The position numbers and the translations under genes are program-made. The notes under the pieces are model-generated. The model was given only the letters and a program-made list of their open reading frames with translations. It ran no database searches and was not told the origin of the DNA. This document shows, piece after piece, positions 13,568 to 27,744 of a stretch of DNA of 64,000 nucleotides. How positions within the stretch are numbered: position 1 is the first letter of the stretch; every line of letters begins with the position of its first letter. The DNA comes from Raja brachyura (Eukaryota): positions 28,086,001 through 28,150,000 of the forward strand of contig OY740811.1 in the NCBI GenBank assembly GCA_963514005.1. Reading direction: 5' to 3'.

Positions 13568-14724
13568 GACAAGACGAGGAGCCATTCGGACTGAATAGAT
13601 ACTGCTGCTTTGGAAGATCATCCTTCCACAAGATACGACCACCACCTCTGAAAATGCAAAACTCTGAGGAATCATTTGTACAGCTGGAAAAGGATCAGGT
13701 TTTGTCTCATTTTAAGAAACTCTCAGTGAACACCACAGTGTTGTCACCACCTCTAACACCAGTGAGGGGAGCAACTGCACTAATTAATTTTGGATGTTCC
13801 AGTGACCGAAGCTCTAAGCCACTCCCCCCACTGCCTTTCCCTTGTGATGAGTTATTCGATGATGTTGACAGTGAGGTTGAGTCCATTACGAGCTCTGAAA
13901 CTGACTTGCTCTTGCATGATAACCGACCATTGAGCTTCAGATATGGTGCTCCGAGCAGAAGGAGTTTCCGTGGATGTGGGCAGACCAACTATGCCTACTC
14001 TGAGAGTATCAGTCACACTAGATTACCAGAGAGTTGCCATGTTATAAAAGATACTTGCCTGGAAAATAAAGAGGTCACTGTACAACCTGTTAAGCCCCAC
14101 CGCAAATTACGGCGTTCGCATTCAGGCCCAGCTGGATCCTACAACAAGCCTACCATACAGAAAAATGCAAGTTGCCTATCAAACTCATTGACAAATACCA
14201 GCGAGGTAAAGCCTGAGATTCCCCCTCGAGTACCCATACCCCCACGGCCAGTGAAACATGACTACCGGAGATGGTCTGCAGAGGTTATGTCAGCCATGCA
14301 CTGTGATGAGGACAAACCACCAAAGGTTCCTCCAAGGGAACCTATGTCCAGAAGCAATTCACGCACCCCAAGTCCCAAAAGTCTCCCGGCCTACCTCAAT
14401 GGGGTGATGCCACCAACACGAAGCTTTGCACCTGATCCCAAATATGTCAGCAACAAAGTCCTCCAACGGCAAGCAAGTGATGGGGCAACGACACGGGTAC
14501 CATGTATTTTGCCAATCATTGAAGATGGGAAGAAGGTGAGCTCGACACACTACTACTTGCTTCCTGAGAGACCTCCATACCTTGACAAATTTGAGAAATA
14601 TTTTGTAGAGGCCCAGGCCTCAGAGGAATCAAATGATTGCACAACAGAGAGCTTCAAGACATGTGCTTTGAGCAAACCAGTAACAATTAAACAGAAATAC
14701 GTTTCCAATGTGGACGCTCCTTAG
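13568..14724 (+). CDS. ERRFI1: ERRFI1 last coding exon (14-3-3 site, proline-rich region, EGFR-binding region)
   Basis: Motifs RRSFRGCGQTNYAY, LRRSHSGPAGS, DYRRWSAEV, KSLPAYLNGVMPPTRSFAPDPKYVS and PCILPIIEDGKKVSSTHYYLLPERP are diagnostic of MIG6; acceptor AG 13566-13567; spliced CDS 1365 nt = 454 aa. Confidence 0.97.
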
Positions 14725-17109
14725 TAACAACAAAAAAGCATCAAGGAACGATCCCTAAGTCTCCTGGTTTACAGGACCAACAGAAGAAAATAAAGAGTTA
14801 TAGAATGTGATTCGAATATCTCAGCAAAACTCTATAAAGTATGCGCAATATGACTTGACCATTATCTATAAACCCGATTTCCTTAAACAAGCCACAGGAA
14901 ACAGGATGCCCAGTTTTGCTGTATAATTGTTTTATGATATTTTCATCAGGTTCTCTCAGTTATTTTTATTGCACTTTATCTACTTTTGGACCTTTGCAAC
15001 AGTGAAGTAGACATCGGGCATGGTTAAAATACTCATTATATTTTGCCAGGTGCAGTACACAGTAAATCTCACTGTGTTTCTTAACTAGCACAACAAACTC
15101 AAGATTAGTTTCTCTGGCCAAAACCCTTGATATCTAATTGTTCAGAGACGCTTGAGGTTGAGAAATTGCAACAATTGTTGCTGGGCAGTGTGTCATGCTT
15201 GGTATTAATTCACCTCAGGAATGCTCAATGAAGGTCACCTCTCACTTAATGGCTATTTAAGTTTAAAAAAAGTATTATGTTCAAGTGAAGGGATAGAATT
15301 AAAATAACTTTTAAGCACAGAACTGCCACAAGTTCATATCTCTGTCTCTTTCTCCCTGCCAACCCACCTAACAATTTGTAGCATTTGTGTTATGATATTG
15401 GAAAATCCTGAAGTTGGGAAGGAATGGAGTCGGCTAATCTAGAAAGTTAGCAATCTATCTGCTGCTCTTTCGTCTTTATTTCCTCCCCGCTTTGAATAGA
15501 ACAGAAGTAATAGTCATGAATGTGGTTGGAGGAAGAGGAGAATATGCTGTGGGTAGGGGCTGGTGGTGGGAAGTCTTCTACAATGTGGACATCTACTCGT
15601 AATCTGTCATTCACAACATATCATCACTGTTCTAACATTAACGCACAATATTATCTACACTCATTCAAAAAAATGTGCAGATGATTACTGGCAATTTAAC
15701 AAGATTTGTTGCAGTCAAAGCCCTTTTGGGTTCAAGACTGAAGTCTGGTTCTGACTAACTACCCTATGATATCCAAATGCTCATTCTAAGTGATGATAAA
15801 AATGGTTCATGAAAGGTATCAGAGTACAGCCCACTTTTGCCCTTGTGTACATATCTACATGGTGGGCTGGGGCCAGACACCAGATTTCAAATGAGAGCCA
15901 TCAATGTCAATGATAGCTACTTTCCCAGAGTTCTATCCATCAAAAAAGAATGCTGTTTGCAGAGGAATATAATGATTCCTATCTTTTGGATTGTGTGGCC
16001 CCTTAGTAAGATCAAACCTGGTGCTTAGCAACCAGGTGCTTAGCAACACTCGATCAACTGGAATTGGGGGAGGATGAAGGATAATCAAGAGAAACCATTC
16101 TGGAACGAGGTGGCAGAAGAGTGTTGGGCCGTTCTCACAAAGCTCCCTGTGGAATACCTGTGAAAAGGGAGTTTCAACTAGTTTTTGACTTGGAAATAAA
16201 ACATTCTTCATTCCTTCTCCCTTCCCCCCCCCCCCCCCCCCCCACTCCCACTCCCTTGTATATGAATGCAAGCGTATTGATGAAAATTAGAAAATTCAGA
16301 GATAAACTGTTGTGCTCTAAAACAAAACAAGATAGGGTTGTGTAAAGGGGACTATGGTAAGAGGCTTGATATTAACCCACAAGCTTGTTTACATGATAAA
16401 GGACTGGACTAGGGACCTACATGAAGAATCTTGCAGTTACTTGTTTAGGAGGTTTTACATGTTAGAAACCAATTAACTGCATGTAACATAAATGAAGGCC
16501 TATATTTCTGCTATTGTATACTCACTGGCTGTAACATATTTTGTTTCTATAATATTTGTTGAAAAGCTACAGAATAATGTTTCTGTGGTTCTGTGCAGTA
16601 TTATTACATTTATTTTTCAAAAAAATCTTGGCTCTTTTAAATTGTGTTGTCAGAGCTTTTGATTTCTATCTATATGTGCCCCTCTCCCAACACTATTGAA
16701 TGATAATTTTGTTACTGTGACAATGTAATGTAAAGTCAATGAATGATCAGCAATACACCTACACACTGTTCAAGCTTGACCTACAAGTAATTCACAAAAA
16801 GTATCTGCCTTGGGGCATGTTATAGACTTTTTGTTCTCCTGTAAACGAGAGCAATAAGTTACAGATGTTATGCTAGGGTGGGCCCTATAAAACAACCCAG
16901 CTGCACAGGAGTCAATTGTACCCTCTTGTTTGGCGTCTATAGACGTACAGGAACTGAGATTGGAATGCACACACATGCGCAGAACATAATAGAAACAATT
17001 AATTATTCTCTTTCACTTGGTGTATACTGTGTGAAAAGAAAAAACATATGTAGTATTGTTCACTACCACAGGCTGTTCTAAATGCTTTACAGTCGGTGTG
17101 AAATATGGT

Positions 17110-18970
17110 TGACAATAGACAATAGGTGCAGGAGTAGGCCATTCGGCCCTTCGAGCCAGCACCGCCATTCAATGTGATCATGGCTGATCATCCCCAATCA
17201 GTACCCCGTCCCTGCCTTCTCTCCATATCCCCTGACTGCTAACTTTAAAAGCCCTATCTAGCTCTCTCTTGAAAGTATCCAGAGAACCGCCCTCTGAGGC
17301 AGAGAATTCCACAGACTGCCAACTATCTGTGAGAAAAAGTGTTTCTTCGTCTCCATTCTAAATGGCTTACCCCTTATTCTTAAACTGTGGCCCCTGGTTC
17401 TGGATTCCCCCAACATCGGGAACATGTTTCAATGAGATATCCTCTCATCCTTCTAAACTCCAGAGTGTGCAAGCCCAGCCGCTCCATTCTCAGCATACGA
17501 CAGTCCCGCCATCCCTGGAATTAACCTTGTAAAGCTACGCTGCACTCAATACCAAGAATGTCCTTCCGCAAATTAGGGGACCAAAACTGCACACAATACT
17601 CCAGGTGTGGTCTCACTGGGGCCCTGTACAACTGAAGAAGGACCTCTGCTCCTATACTCGACTCCTCTTGTCATAAAGACCAACATGCCATTCGCTTTCT
17701 TCACTGCCTGCTGCGTACTTAGTTTCATAGACTGATGAACAAGGACCCCCAGATCCCGTTGTACTTCCCCTTTTCCCAACTTGACGCCATTTAGATAGTA
17801 ATCTGCCTTCCTGTTTTTGATATCAAAGTGAATAACTTCACATTTATCTGCATTAAACTTCACCTGCCATGCATCTGCCCACTCCCCCCAACCTGTCCAA
17901 GTCACCTTGCATTCTCATAGCATCCTCCTCATAGTTCACACTGCCACCCAGCTTTGTGTCATCTGCAAATTTGCTAATGTTACTTTGAATCCCTTCATCC
18001 AAATCTTTGATGTATATTGTAAATAGCTGCGGTCCTAGCACCGAGCCTTGCTGTACCCCACTAGTCACTGCCTGCCATTCTGATAGGGACCCGTTAATCC
18101 CTACTCTTTGTTTCCTGTCTGCCAACCAATTTTTTATCCATGTCAGCAATCTACCCCTAATACCATGTGCCCTAATTTTGCCCACTAATTTCCCATGTGA
18201 GACCTTATCAAATGCTTTCTGAAAGTCCAGGTACACTACATCCACTGGCTCTCCCTTGTCCATTTTCCTAGTTACATCCTCAAAAAGTTTAGTCAAGCAT
18301 GATTTCCTCTTCGTAAATCCATGCTGACTCGGACCGTTCCTGTTTCTGCTATCCAAATGTGCGGCTATTTCATCTTTTATAGTTAACTCCAGCATCTTCC
18401 CCACCACCGATGTCAGGCTAACTGGTCTATAATTCCCTGTTTTCTCTCTCCTGCCTTTCATTAGCTACCCTCCAATCTAGCTAACATTAGCTACCCTCCA
18501 ATCTACAGGAACTGATCCTGAGACTATAGAACATTGGAAAATTATCACCAATGCATCCCCGATTTCTAGAGCCACTTCCTTAAGTACCCTGGGAAACAGA
18601 CCATCACGCCCTGGGGATTTATCAGCCTTCATTCCCATCAGTCTACCCAACATCATTTCCTGCCTAATGTAGATTTCCCTCAGTTCCTCCGTCACCCCAG
18701 ATCCTCTGGCCACTACTATATCAGGAAGATTGTTTGTGGCCTCCTTAGTGAAGATGGATCCAAAGTACCTGTTCAACTCATCTGCCATTTCCTTGTTCCC
18801 CATAATAAATTCATCTTTTTCGGTCTTCAAGGGTCCAACTTTGGTCTTAACTAATTTTTTCCTCTTCACATACGTAAAGAAGCTTTTACTATCCTCCTTT
18901 ATATTCTTGGCTAGCTTATCTTCGTACCTCATCTTTTCTCCCCGTATTGTCTTTTTAGTTATCTTCTGGT
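17110..18970 (-). mobile_element. CR1-type LINE ORF2 (reverse transcriptase) fragment
   Basis: [39 protein letters not shown]; frameshifted. Confidence 0.93.
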
Positions 18971-19849
18971 ATAAAGTGGAAGCCAATTTGTGCATCGCAA
19001 ACTCTCTGACAGATATGTGGAAAAAAAACCTCAATTCCCTCTCTTGGTCCAATTCCAGCTTTCAGTCTCTCTCATTCCCCCAAGCTGATTCAGTAACACA
19101 AAGCCAGAGTTCGTAGAGCTTAATACGTAACGGCTTAAATCAGGTGGTTAGACGCATCTCATAATATATCATTCAACTCTGAGGATCATCGGAGGATTTA
19201 CTTTTCACCCAAAGGAACATGAGAAATTGCATCATGCTGTTGCAGATGTTCGTTCTTCAAGTATTCAAATTCTAATTCTGCTATTGTCACTGGAGAATAT
19301 TTGTGCCAAAGTGAAGAAAACATCAGGAATTTGGTAAGTACAGGAACATTCTGATATTCCAATAAAAATCCCTAGCACTTGGACTGACAGTTTTTCAGGA
19401 TTATTGATTGCTATTCCTGTTAATACCCAAATATACTTATATTTTACTTGATACACAGTAGTAAAACACATTTTTCAGTGAGTTTAAAGGAAATGGAAAA
19501 TACACAAGCAGACTAAGGAGTGAACCAGATGTTCAACCATTGGATTCAGGATTTCTGCAAAAAAACTTGATACTGATTATCAAGAGTTTTATCAGATGGG
19601 AATGCAGTTTAGAAGTAGTTCTGTGTCGGCAAGTATTGCCCTGAAAGCTGTGTTGCCTAACCAACTTCATGGTTATGGGAATCTCATCAGGATTACAGAG
19701 GGTCTGAAGAAGGGTTTCGGCCCAAAACGTTGCCTATCTCCTTCGCTCCTTAGATGCTGCTGCACCCGCTGAATTTCTCCAGCCTTTTGTGTACCCAGGA
19801 TTACAGAGGGATTTGGAGTGGGATGAAGAGGATCCAGTTGTTCTCTTGA

Positions 19850-21500
19850 GGATTTTGCAGGAAAAGAAATACATTCATTTGGAAATACAGGGGTTGATGA
19901 AATTTAGTAAGCATGGCTTTGTGCATGGAAGATCATGTTTCATGAATTTGATTTGAGTTTTTTGAAGTACTCATGAAGGTTGATGAGGGCAGGGTTGCAG
20001 ACATGTTATATTGACTTCAGCAAGCCTTTTGATAATATTTCGCATTGTAGCCTGTTCTAGAAGGATAGATTGCACAGATCCAGGGAGAACTAACTGGATA
20101 CAGAATTTGGCTTAATGGTAGGAAGCAGGGTGTGCTGGTGGAAGGTTGTTTCATGGCCTTTTGACTATTGCTGTTATTCATCTATATCAACAATATGGAT
20201 GAGATTGGCAAATTTGCAGATGACACTAGATGGTATTGCGGACGGTGAATATGGTTATCAAAAATTACAGCAGAATCTTGATCAGCTGAGCAAGTGGGCC
20301 AAGGAATGGCAAACAGAGTTTAAATCAGACATGGCAGCACCTTTACAGTGAACTGTAGGGTCCTGGTGAGTGTTGCAGAGCAGGGATAATCATATAGAAG
20401 TAAATAAAATCATGAAGGCAATAGATAGGATGAATGCACAATTTTACCAGGTTAGAGGAATCACCAACTAGAGGGCATAGGTTTCAACTGAGAGAGGAAA
20501 GATTTAATGGGAACCTGAATGGAAGGTTTTTCATACAGAGGCTGGTGGGTACATGGAACCTGCCAGAGGAAGTATTTGAGGCAGGTACAATAACAACATT
20601 TGGGCAGGTACATGAATTGGAAATATTTGGAGGAATGTGGGCCAAACATGAACAAAGAGACGAGCTTAGATAGGGCTTATTGGGCCACTGATGAGTTGAG
20701 CCAAAGAGCCTGTTACCATGCTAGGACTTAAAGTCAACAAGCGAAACCATGACACATCTATGAATCAACCTTGGAGTTACATGCATATTGTTTGCGGATG
20801 ACACAAAGCTGGGTGGCAGTGTGAGGTGCGAGGCGGATGCTATGAGGCTGCAGGATAAGGTTGGGTGAGTGGGCAGATGCATGGCAGATGCAGTATAATG
20901 TGGATAAATGTGAGGTTATCCACTTTGGTGGCAAGAACAAGAAGGCAGATTATTATCTGAATGGTGTCAGATTAGGAAAAGGGGGGGTGTAACAAGACCT
21001 CGGTGTCCTTGTACATCAGTCACTGAAAGAAGGTCCTACAGCAGTTGTATAGGGCCCTGGTGAGACCACACCTGGAGTATTGTGTGCAGTTTTGTTTTCC
21101 TAATTTAAGGAAGGACACTCTTGCTATTGACGGAGTGCAGCATAGATTCACCAGGTTAATCCCCGGGACTGACATGATGAAAAAATGGATCGACTGGATT
21201 CACTGGAATTTAGAAGGTAGAGAGAGGATCTTATAGAAACATAAAATGTTTAAGGGATTGGACAGGCTAGATACAGATTCCTGATGTTGGGGGAGCAGAA
21301 CCAGAGGTCACAGTTTAAGAATAAGGTGTAGGCCATTTAGGACTGAGATGAGGAAAAACAAGGGTGATGGAGTCCAGTTCACTGGATGTATTCAAGAGAG
21401 AGTTAGATATAGCTCTTTGGGTAACAGAATCAAGGGATATGGGGAGAAAGCAGGAACAGGGTACTGATTTTTGATGATCAGCCATGATCATATTGAATGG
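19850..21500 (+). mobile_element. Two adjacent degraded CR1-type LINE fragments
   Basis: FADDT relics, LYRALVRPHLEYCVQF, two separate 3' tails (about 20720 and 21500). Confidence 0.85.
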
Positions 21501-22119
21501 AGGAGGTTAAGATCAGGCAGATCAGTATGGGAAGGTGAATTCTACTGGTTAGACATTTTCTGCTTTGTGATATTGCAGCATCCCCTACTGTCCAGTATCT
21601 GCATCATGTCCACAACAACTTAATCTTTACAAAATTGTACTGCATTAAAAAAATCTACATGAACACGATACTCAGTCAAACAAAAGTCAGAATCCAGGAA
21701 AACGCAGTAGATCCATAAGGTTAAACTGGTGATCGTATAGAGCAGATTCTCATTTTTACAACCCAAAGCAAGAGTTATGTCTGGAATCCTGTTTTGTACA
21801 GCAATGGCAAGTTAGAGACATGCAGAGTGGCTTTCAAGTGATGGTCAGAGTAGCATGCAAACCAGGACAACATTACTTTTGGATTCTCCACAAAGATGAG
21901 GAAAGCCGCAGGGGAGAAGATGAGAGCACCTTCCAGGGTCATACAACTGCTATACTCTAATCTTTAGTGTTAAATAAAAATATCCTATTTCTAGTTTTCT
22001 TCAAGATTTTGTAAGTGATTATCTGATTGATAATAGGCACAATATTGATGATTCCTGTACCTACATACTATCTCGGAATCAAATATGAGGGGAGATCACA
22101 GTTGTCAATATTCCCCACT

Positions 22120-23790
22120 ATTTAACAAAGAAGGAGTGTGAAACTGCGGAACTACAGACCAGTTAGTCTGACATGATTAGTGGGTAAAATGCTATAAGCT
22201 ATTATTAAGTTGTACGTGGAATTTTAGAAAACATAGAAATGGCCAGAATTAACAAGAATTTATGAAAGGGATATCATATTTTTTGGATTAGAACTTGCAG
22301 AATACATAAGGGATAAACCAGTGAACATATACTTTATATGAACTTTCAAAAGACATTTGATAAGGTGGCAAGGAGGATATTAAACAAGATAAGAACACCT
22401 GGAATTGGGGATAAGACAACTGCATAGATTTTGAGCTGATTAACAGAAATAAATCAGACTGCAGAAAAAACAACACTTTTCAGACTGGGAGGTTGCAACT
22501 AAGGCATAGAGCTGGGCCCAGCTGTTGACTTTCTACATCAAAGCTTTAGGTGATATGATAACTTTTATCCAAATTGGCTGATAATACAAGGATGGCTAGT
22601 TATGAGTTAGAAAGAGAGTGCACAGATGTCAACAATGGGATATGGTAAAGCTGAATGAATAGATAGGCAAGGACATAGTAATTAAAATATGTTGTGAAAA
22701 ATATGAAGTCATCCATGTTACGAGCAGAATTGGGATGTACTCAACTCCCTCTAATCTTACTACAAATTGCTCTAGTTATTATTCCGCAGGGGTCGGTGCT
22801 GGGAAAGCTACTCTTCACGTTGTATATTATTGATTTGGACAAGGGGATTGAAGGCTTTGTGGCCCAGTTTGCGGATTATACGAAAATAGGTGGAAGGGTG
22901 GGTAGTGTAGAGAAAGCAGAGACTCTGCAGAAGGAGTTGGACAGGTTGGAGAGTGACAGAGAAGAGGCAGATGGAATATATTGTAGCAAAGTGCGGAGGC
23001 ATGCTTTTTGGTAGTAGGAATAAAGGAGTAGGCTATTTTCTAAATGGGGAGAGAATCCAGAAATCAGAGGTGCAAAGGGACTTGGGAATGCTGGTGCAGG
23101 ATTCCCAAATAGTTAATCTGCAAGTTGAATCGTTAGTAAAGAAAGACAACTCAATGCAAGCATTTATTTCAAGAGGGCTTGTATACAAAAACAGGGATGT
23201 AATGCTGAGGCTCTATAAGGCCCTGGTAAGGCCATATTTGGAATATTGTGAACCATTTTTGGCAGCATATCTGAGGAAGCATGTGCTGGCACTGGAGAGG
23301 GTCCAGAAGAGGATTACAAGAATGATCCCATGAATGAGTAGGTTAAGCGATGATGAGCGTTTGTTGGCACTGGGCCTGTACTCGCTGGAGTTTAGAAGAA
23401 TAAGGGGGGAGCTCATTGAAACAAACAGAATACTGAAAAGCTTGGATAGTGGATGTGGAGAGGATATTTCCACTAGTGGGAAAGTCTAGGATTAGAGGTC
23501 ATAGCCTCAGAATGAAAGGACGTTCTTTTAGGAAGGAGATGAGGAGAAATATCTTTAGACAGTGGGTGATTTATACATGGAATTCTTTACCACAGAAGGC
23601 TGTGGAGGCTGTCAGTGTATATTTTTAAGGCATATGTAGACAGATTCTTGATTAGTACGGGTGTCAGAAGTTATGGAGAGAAGGCAGGAGAATGGGGTTA
23701 GGAGGGAGAGATAGATCAGTCATGATAGAATGTTGGAGTAGACTCGATGGACTGAATGGCCTATTTCTACTCCTACCACATGAATTTATG
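22120..23790 (+). mobile_element. CR1-type LINE fragments (one old, one younger)
   Basis: PQGSVLG...FADYTK, LYKALVRPYLEYC, ALERVQKRITRMIP. Confidence 0.85.
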
Positions 23791-25029
23791 ACCTAGTTAT
23801 TGACCCCTCTGCTAAGGAAATGTCTCACTTTCTAAGTATCTCATAATTTTTAGATCCAGCATTTGGTCTCAAAATTAACATGATCCCTGGATTAACTCTT
23901 CGAGTTTGGTTCCCAAATTTAACTTCAGAAAATAAGCATTTCCAAGATTTGGTTCCAGCAAATATACAGTATATTGATTTGGACTAAGAATGTAAGTGGT
24001 TGTGAATGTGGTCTGTTAGGCGAAAAGATCTCTGGATCTTTGGCATAGGTGGTCCCTGAATTAGAGCTCGTGGTCCCAGGATTTGGTAATTCAGAAAACA
24101 TGGCACTTTGTTTCAATTTCTCGTGATAATTGACCTCAGGATTTGTTCCTCTGTGTTACTGGTCCACAAATTTGATGACAGAGCACACACACTCTTGCTA
24201 TCTTGATGCAACCTAGATTTGGTTTCTCAGTTTAAATCAGGGATGCATAACTATTCGTAGAAGGCAAGATTTACAATCTAAACCATTTCTGAGGGCCATA
24301 CACAAGAAACAGATGTTTTGTAATAAGCCATTCAGTAAAATACATAAGAGCTAAATGTTTTCTTCAAAACGCTAATTGTTCATATTGAACACATTAATCT
24401 GGGATAGATTACAGGTTAAAATGGTAGAGTTGTAGTGGTAATCATATAAGGTGATATTTCATAAATCTCATCATTGGTATATTTCAGTGAGACAAAGGTT
24501 CCATAAGAACGATGAGCCAAATTCTCTAAATTTGAACAATGGTGTCAAATTTAGAGAATTATGCAGCTCATTGTGTCTGTGCCATCTTTTTAAGATAACT
24601 TAAAATATATATATTTTTGGCAACTAAGAGTGCTTGCACACCTCTGCCATATGTTATCCGACCTACTGTATGCACACACTAGTTCTGTATCGCAATATTA
24701 TATAATAACAGACTATCTGTTGAAGGAACTTGGGGGATTAGGCAGCAGCTATGGAGAAAATGGATAGGCACATTTTGAGTTTGCTAGTATAAGAGATGAG
24801 GGGGAGAGGTGGACAAGAACTGGCAACCGATAGGTGGATTCAGATGAGGAGGTGTTGAATGTCAAATGTTCACTATATGGTGACAAGCTGCTTGTCATCA
24901 GTACTATTATGCTCACCATGGTCCTTGGCACAAGGTTTGATGTAGGTAGACTTGGGATTTGGACTAAACAGACTTAGACTTGGATCAAACTCAGATTTGG
25001 GACTTGGCTTCATGGAAGGAATGAGAGGG

Positions 25030-26085
25030 TGAAGGTAGAAGGTTGTTTTTCCAACGGGAGACTTGTGACTAGTCTGTTATCAGTCTGAAGAAGGGTCTCG
25101 ACCAAAAACATCACCCATCCCTTCTCTCGAGAGATACTGCCCGTCCCGCTGAGTTACTCCAGCATTTTGTGTCTACCTGTGACTAGTGGTGTATCTCAGG
25201 GATCAAAGCTAGGGCTATTGTTGTTTGTGGTTTATATCACATCAATGACTTGGATGAAAATGTACAAGGCATGATCGGTAAGTTTGCAGATGACACTAAA
25301 TTGGTGATATCATAGATAGCGAAGAAGGTTATCAAAAATACACCAGGATCTTGATCAGTTGGATAAGTGGACTGAGGAAGGGTGTTTAATTCAGATCAGT
25401 GCAAGGTTTTGCATTTTGGGGAGTCAAATCAGGGAAGAACCTTCACAATGGATGACAGGACGTTGGGGAGTGTTGTTCAGCAGAGATCTAGGAGTGCAGG
25501 TACATAGTTCCTTGAAAGTGACATCACACGTAGATTTTTTGGTGGGGTATTGAGCACAGTTGGGATGTTATGTCACAGTTGTACTAGATATTTGGAGTAT
25601 TGTGCTCAGTTTTGGTCACCCTGCTATAGCATGTTACTAAGTTGGAAATAGTGCAAGAGAAGATTTACGAGGATGAAGCCCCAAGCTATAGAGAGAGGTT
25701 GGGCAGGCTAGCACTTCATTCATTAGAGCCCAGCAGATGAGGGGTGATCTTATAAGATCATAAGGGGAATAGATTGGGTAGATACAGTCTTTCACTCAGA
25801 GTAGAGGAATCAAGAATAAGAGGACTTAGAATTAAGGTGAGTTGGGAAAGATTTAATAGGTACCTGAGGGGCAACATTTTCACACAGAGGCTTGTGGGTT
25901 ATGGAATGAACTGCCGGAAGAGGTAGTTGAGGCAGGTACTGTAGAAATTTGGACTAGTACACCGATCGGAAAGAGTTAGAGGGATATGGTCCAAATCTTG
26001 GCATTTGGAACTAGTGTACATGGAGAATCTTGGTCAGCATGGGCAAGTTTGGCCAAAGGGCCCATTTCCATGCGGCTTGACTCTA
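25030..26085 (+). mobile_element. CR1-type LINE fragment with nested Penelope-derived repeat (about 25081-25177)
   Basis: KFADDTKL relic and 3' tail; the insert is flanked by the repeat TGTGACTAGT. Confidence 0.8.
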
Positions 26086-27049
26086 TGAACACCCGAAATC
26101 AGGTGAATCTGGGGTGATTGTGCTCTATCTCTGTAATGCAATTGCGGCCAGATCATTCTTCCACACAAGTGCTCATGTGTTTTTGGTAGGGAATGCCAGT
26201 CTGCTCCTTTTATGAAGTTAGGTAGTCCAGGGAATTTCTTGGAACTGTGGATAACACTATGGCCACAGCAGCTAGTGCGATGACTTAGCATGTGGGACAG
26301 AAGCAATCCTCTTGGATTAGACTATTGCTGGTGGACGACACAAGCTCATCTAGCCCACAAGCTTTTATGGTTCATCACTGAGTTACATGAGTATAGACCT
26401 CAGTGCAAGTGATCGCTGATTTGGTTTAAATGAAAATTCTTGCTGCTCTCACCTCCTCCTTGTAGCTCACTTCATTTAATAACTTACATTTTCACACCTC
26501 TTTATTTCAGCTTCATGCTATTCCCTTCAATGTAAGAGAACGCTGGTTCTTTTCGATTAGATTGGATTCTTCCTTATTTTACAGACCAGTAACTTGGTTG
26601 TGGGGTTGGGAGATATGGTTGAGTATTGGTCTTTTGCATTTTGTACATATGCACACAATGTGGCCACTGTGCTTTGGTGGGAGTTAATGTTTTAGGCGTT
26701 GGACAAATTGCCAGTCTAGTAAATAGGTTTGTCCTTGATGGCTTTTTGAGTACTGTTGGTTTTGGAGAAACAAGCGTGTAGTGTTCCTTTACAATCCTTA
26801 TGTGCCATGTGAAGAGTGGAAATTCTTTCAGGACTGGGGAGGTGATCTCTGACTTGCTTTTAAAAATCATAGCATTCTTGATGATGTTCCCGTTAATTTC
26901 CAAATAAATGGCGACTCCCCAGGATGCTGACGGTGGTTAACGTCGACAATGATGATGGCACAGACCGTCAAGAAGATGTGTGACGATTCTTGGACAGGGT
27001 CATTTGGACAGTGCGAATGTTAGTGGTCACTTTTCAACAAATGTCTACA

Positions 27050-27400
27050 TATTATCGATGTCCTCCTTTTTGTATTGACGGCCAAAACTCGTTTTAGACG
27101 ATGTTTCTCTCCGTCTCCAAGGCCAATCGTCGAGCGACCGACATCCCCGCGCCCTCATCAACGCTTGGAAGCTTCAAACGCCAACCGTTAGGTCGCGAGA
27201 GGCTGGTGGGCGGGAACCGCGGAGGCTGCGCGCGAACAGCGAGCAGCGAGCGGGCGCCATGTGTGACTGGTCCATACAGCTCGGACAACGGCATGTGGCG
27301 GGCTCAGTCGTCCTTAAACCCACTTTTAATTTTTATTCTCATCATAATTGGGCATCGAATGTTGATATTGACCGCCGTTACTCTCGCCCATCCTACCTCA
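27050..27400. promoter_or_regulatory. CpG island with housekeeping-promoter motifs
   Basis: Highest CpG density in the window; CCAAT, GGGCGG, TGCGCGCG and CGCCATG motifs. Confidence 0.6.
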
Positions 27401-27744
27401 TGATCGTTCTGATTTTCAAATAATTTCTTCACATACACTTACTCTCATTCCTATTCTCATATATTTTTCCTTTAATGATTCTCTTACTACTCTGCATGGT
27501 GAATTTGACATCTCGGCAGCGTGACCCTCAGACTATAATACTGTTGTGTAGCTATATTTAAGAGGGAGTTAGATGTGGCCCTTGTGGCTAAGGGGATCAG
27601 AGGGTATGGAGAGAAGGCAGGTACGGGATACTGAGTTGGATGATCAGCCATGATCATATTAAATGGCGGTGCAGGCTGGAAGGGCCGAATGGCCTACTCC
27701 TGCACCTAATTTCTATGTTTCTATCTCCAATTGACCTGCCTTCT

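Noticed and set aside
9367-16243. Long poly-C/poly-G runs (about 9367, 10545, 11328, 13108, 16224; also 44136)
   Set aside because: Simple homopolymers of unreliable length; G-quadruplex potential alone is not evidence of function
18730-19116. ORFs antisense to LINEs or exons (also 13707-13988, 53676-54011, 61187-61519)
   Set aside because: Shadow frames of real coding or transposon sequence
26574-26903. 109-aa minus-strand ORF near the CpG island
   Set aside because: TTG start and no recognisable homology; not PARK7
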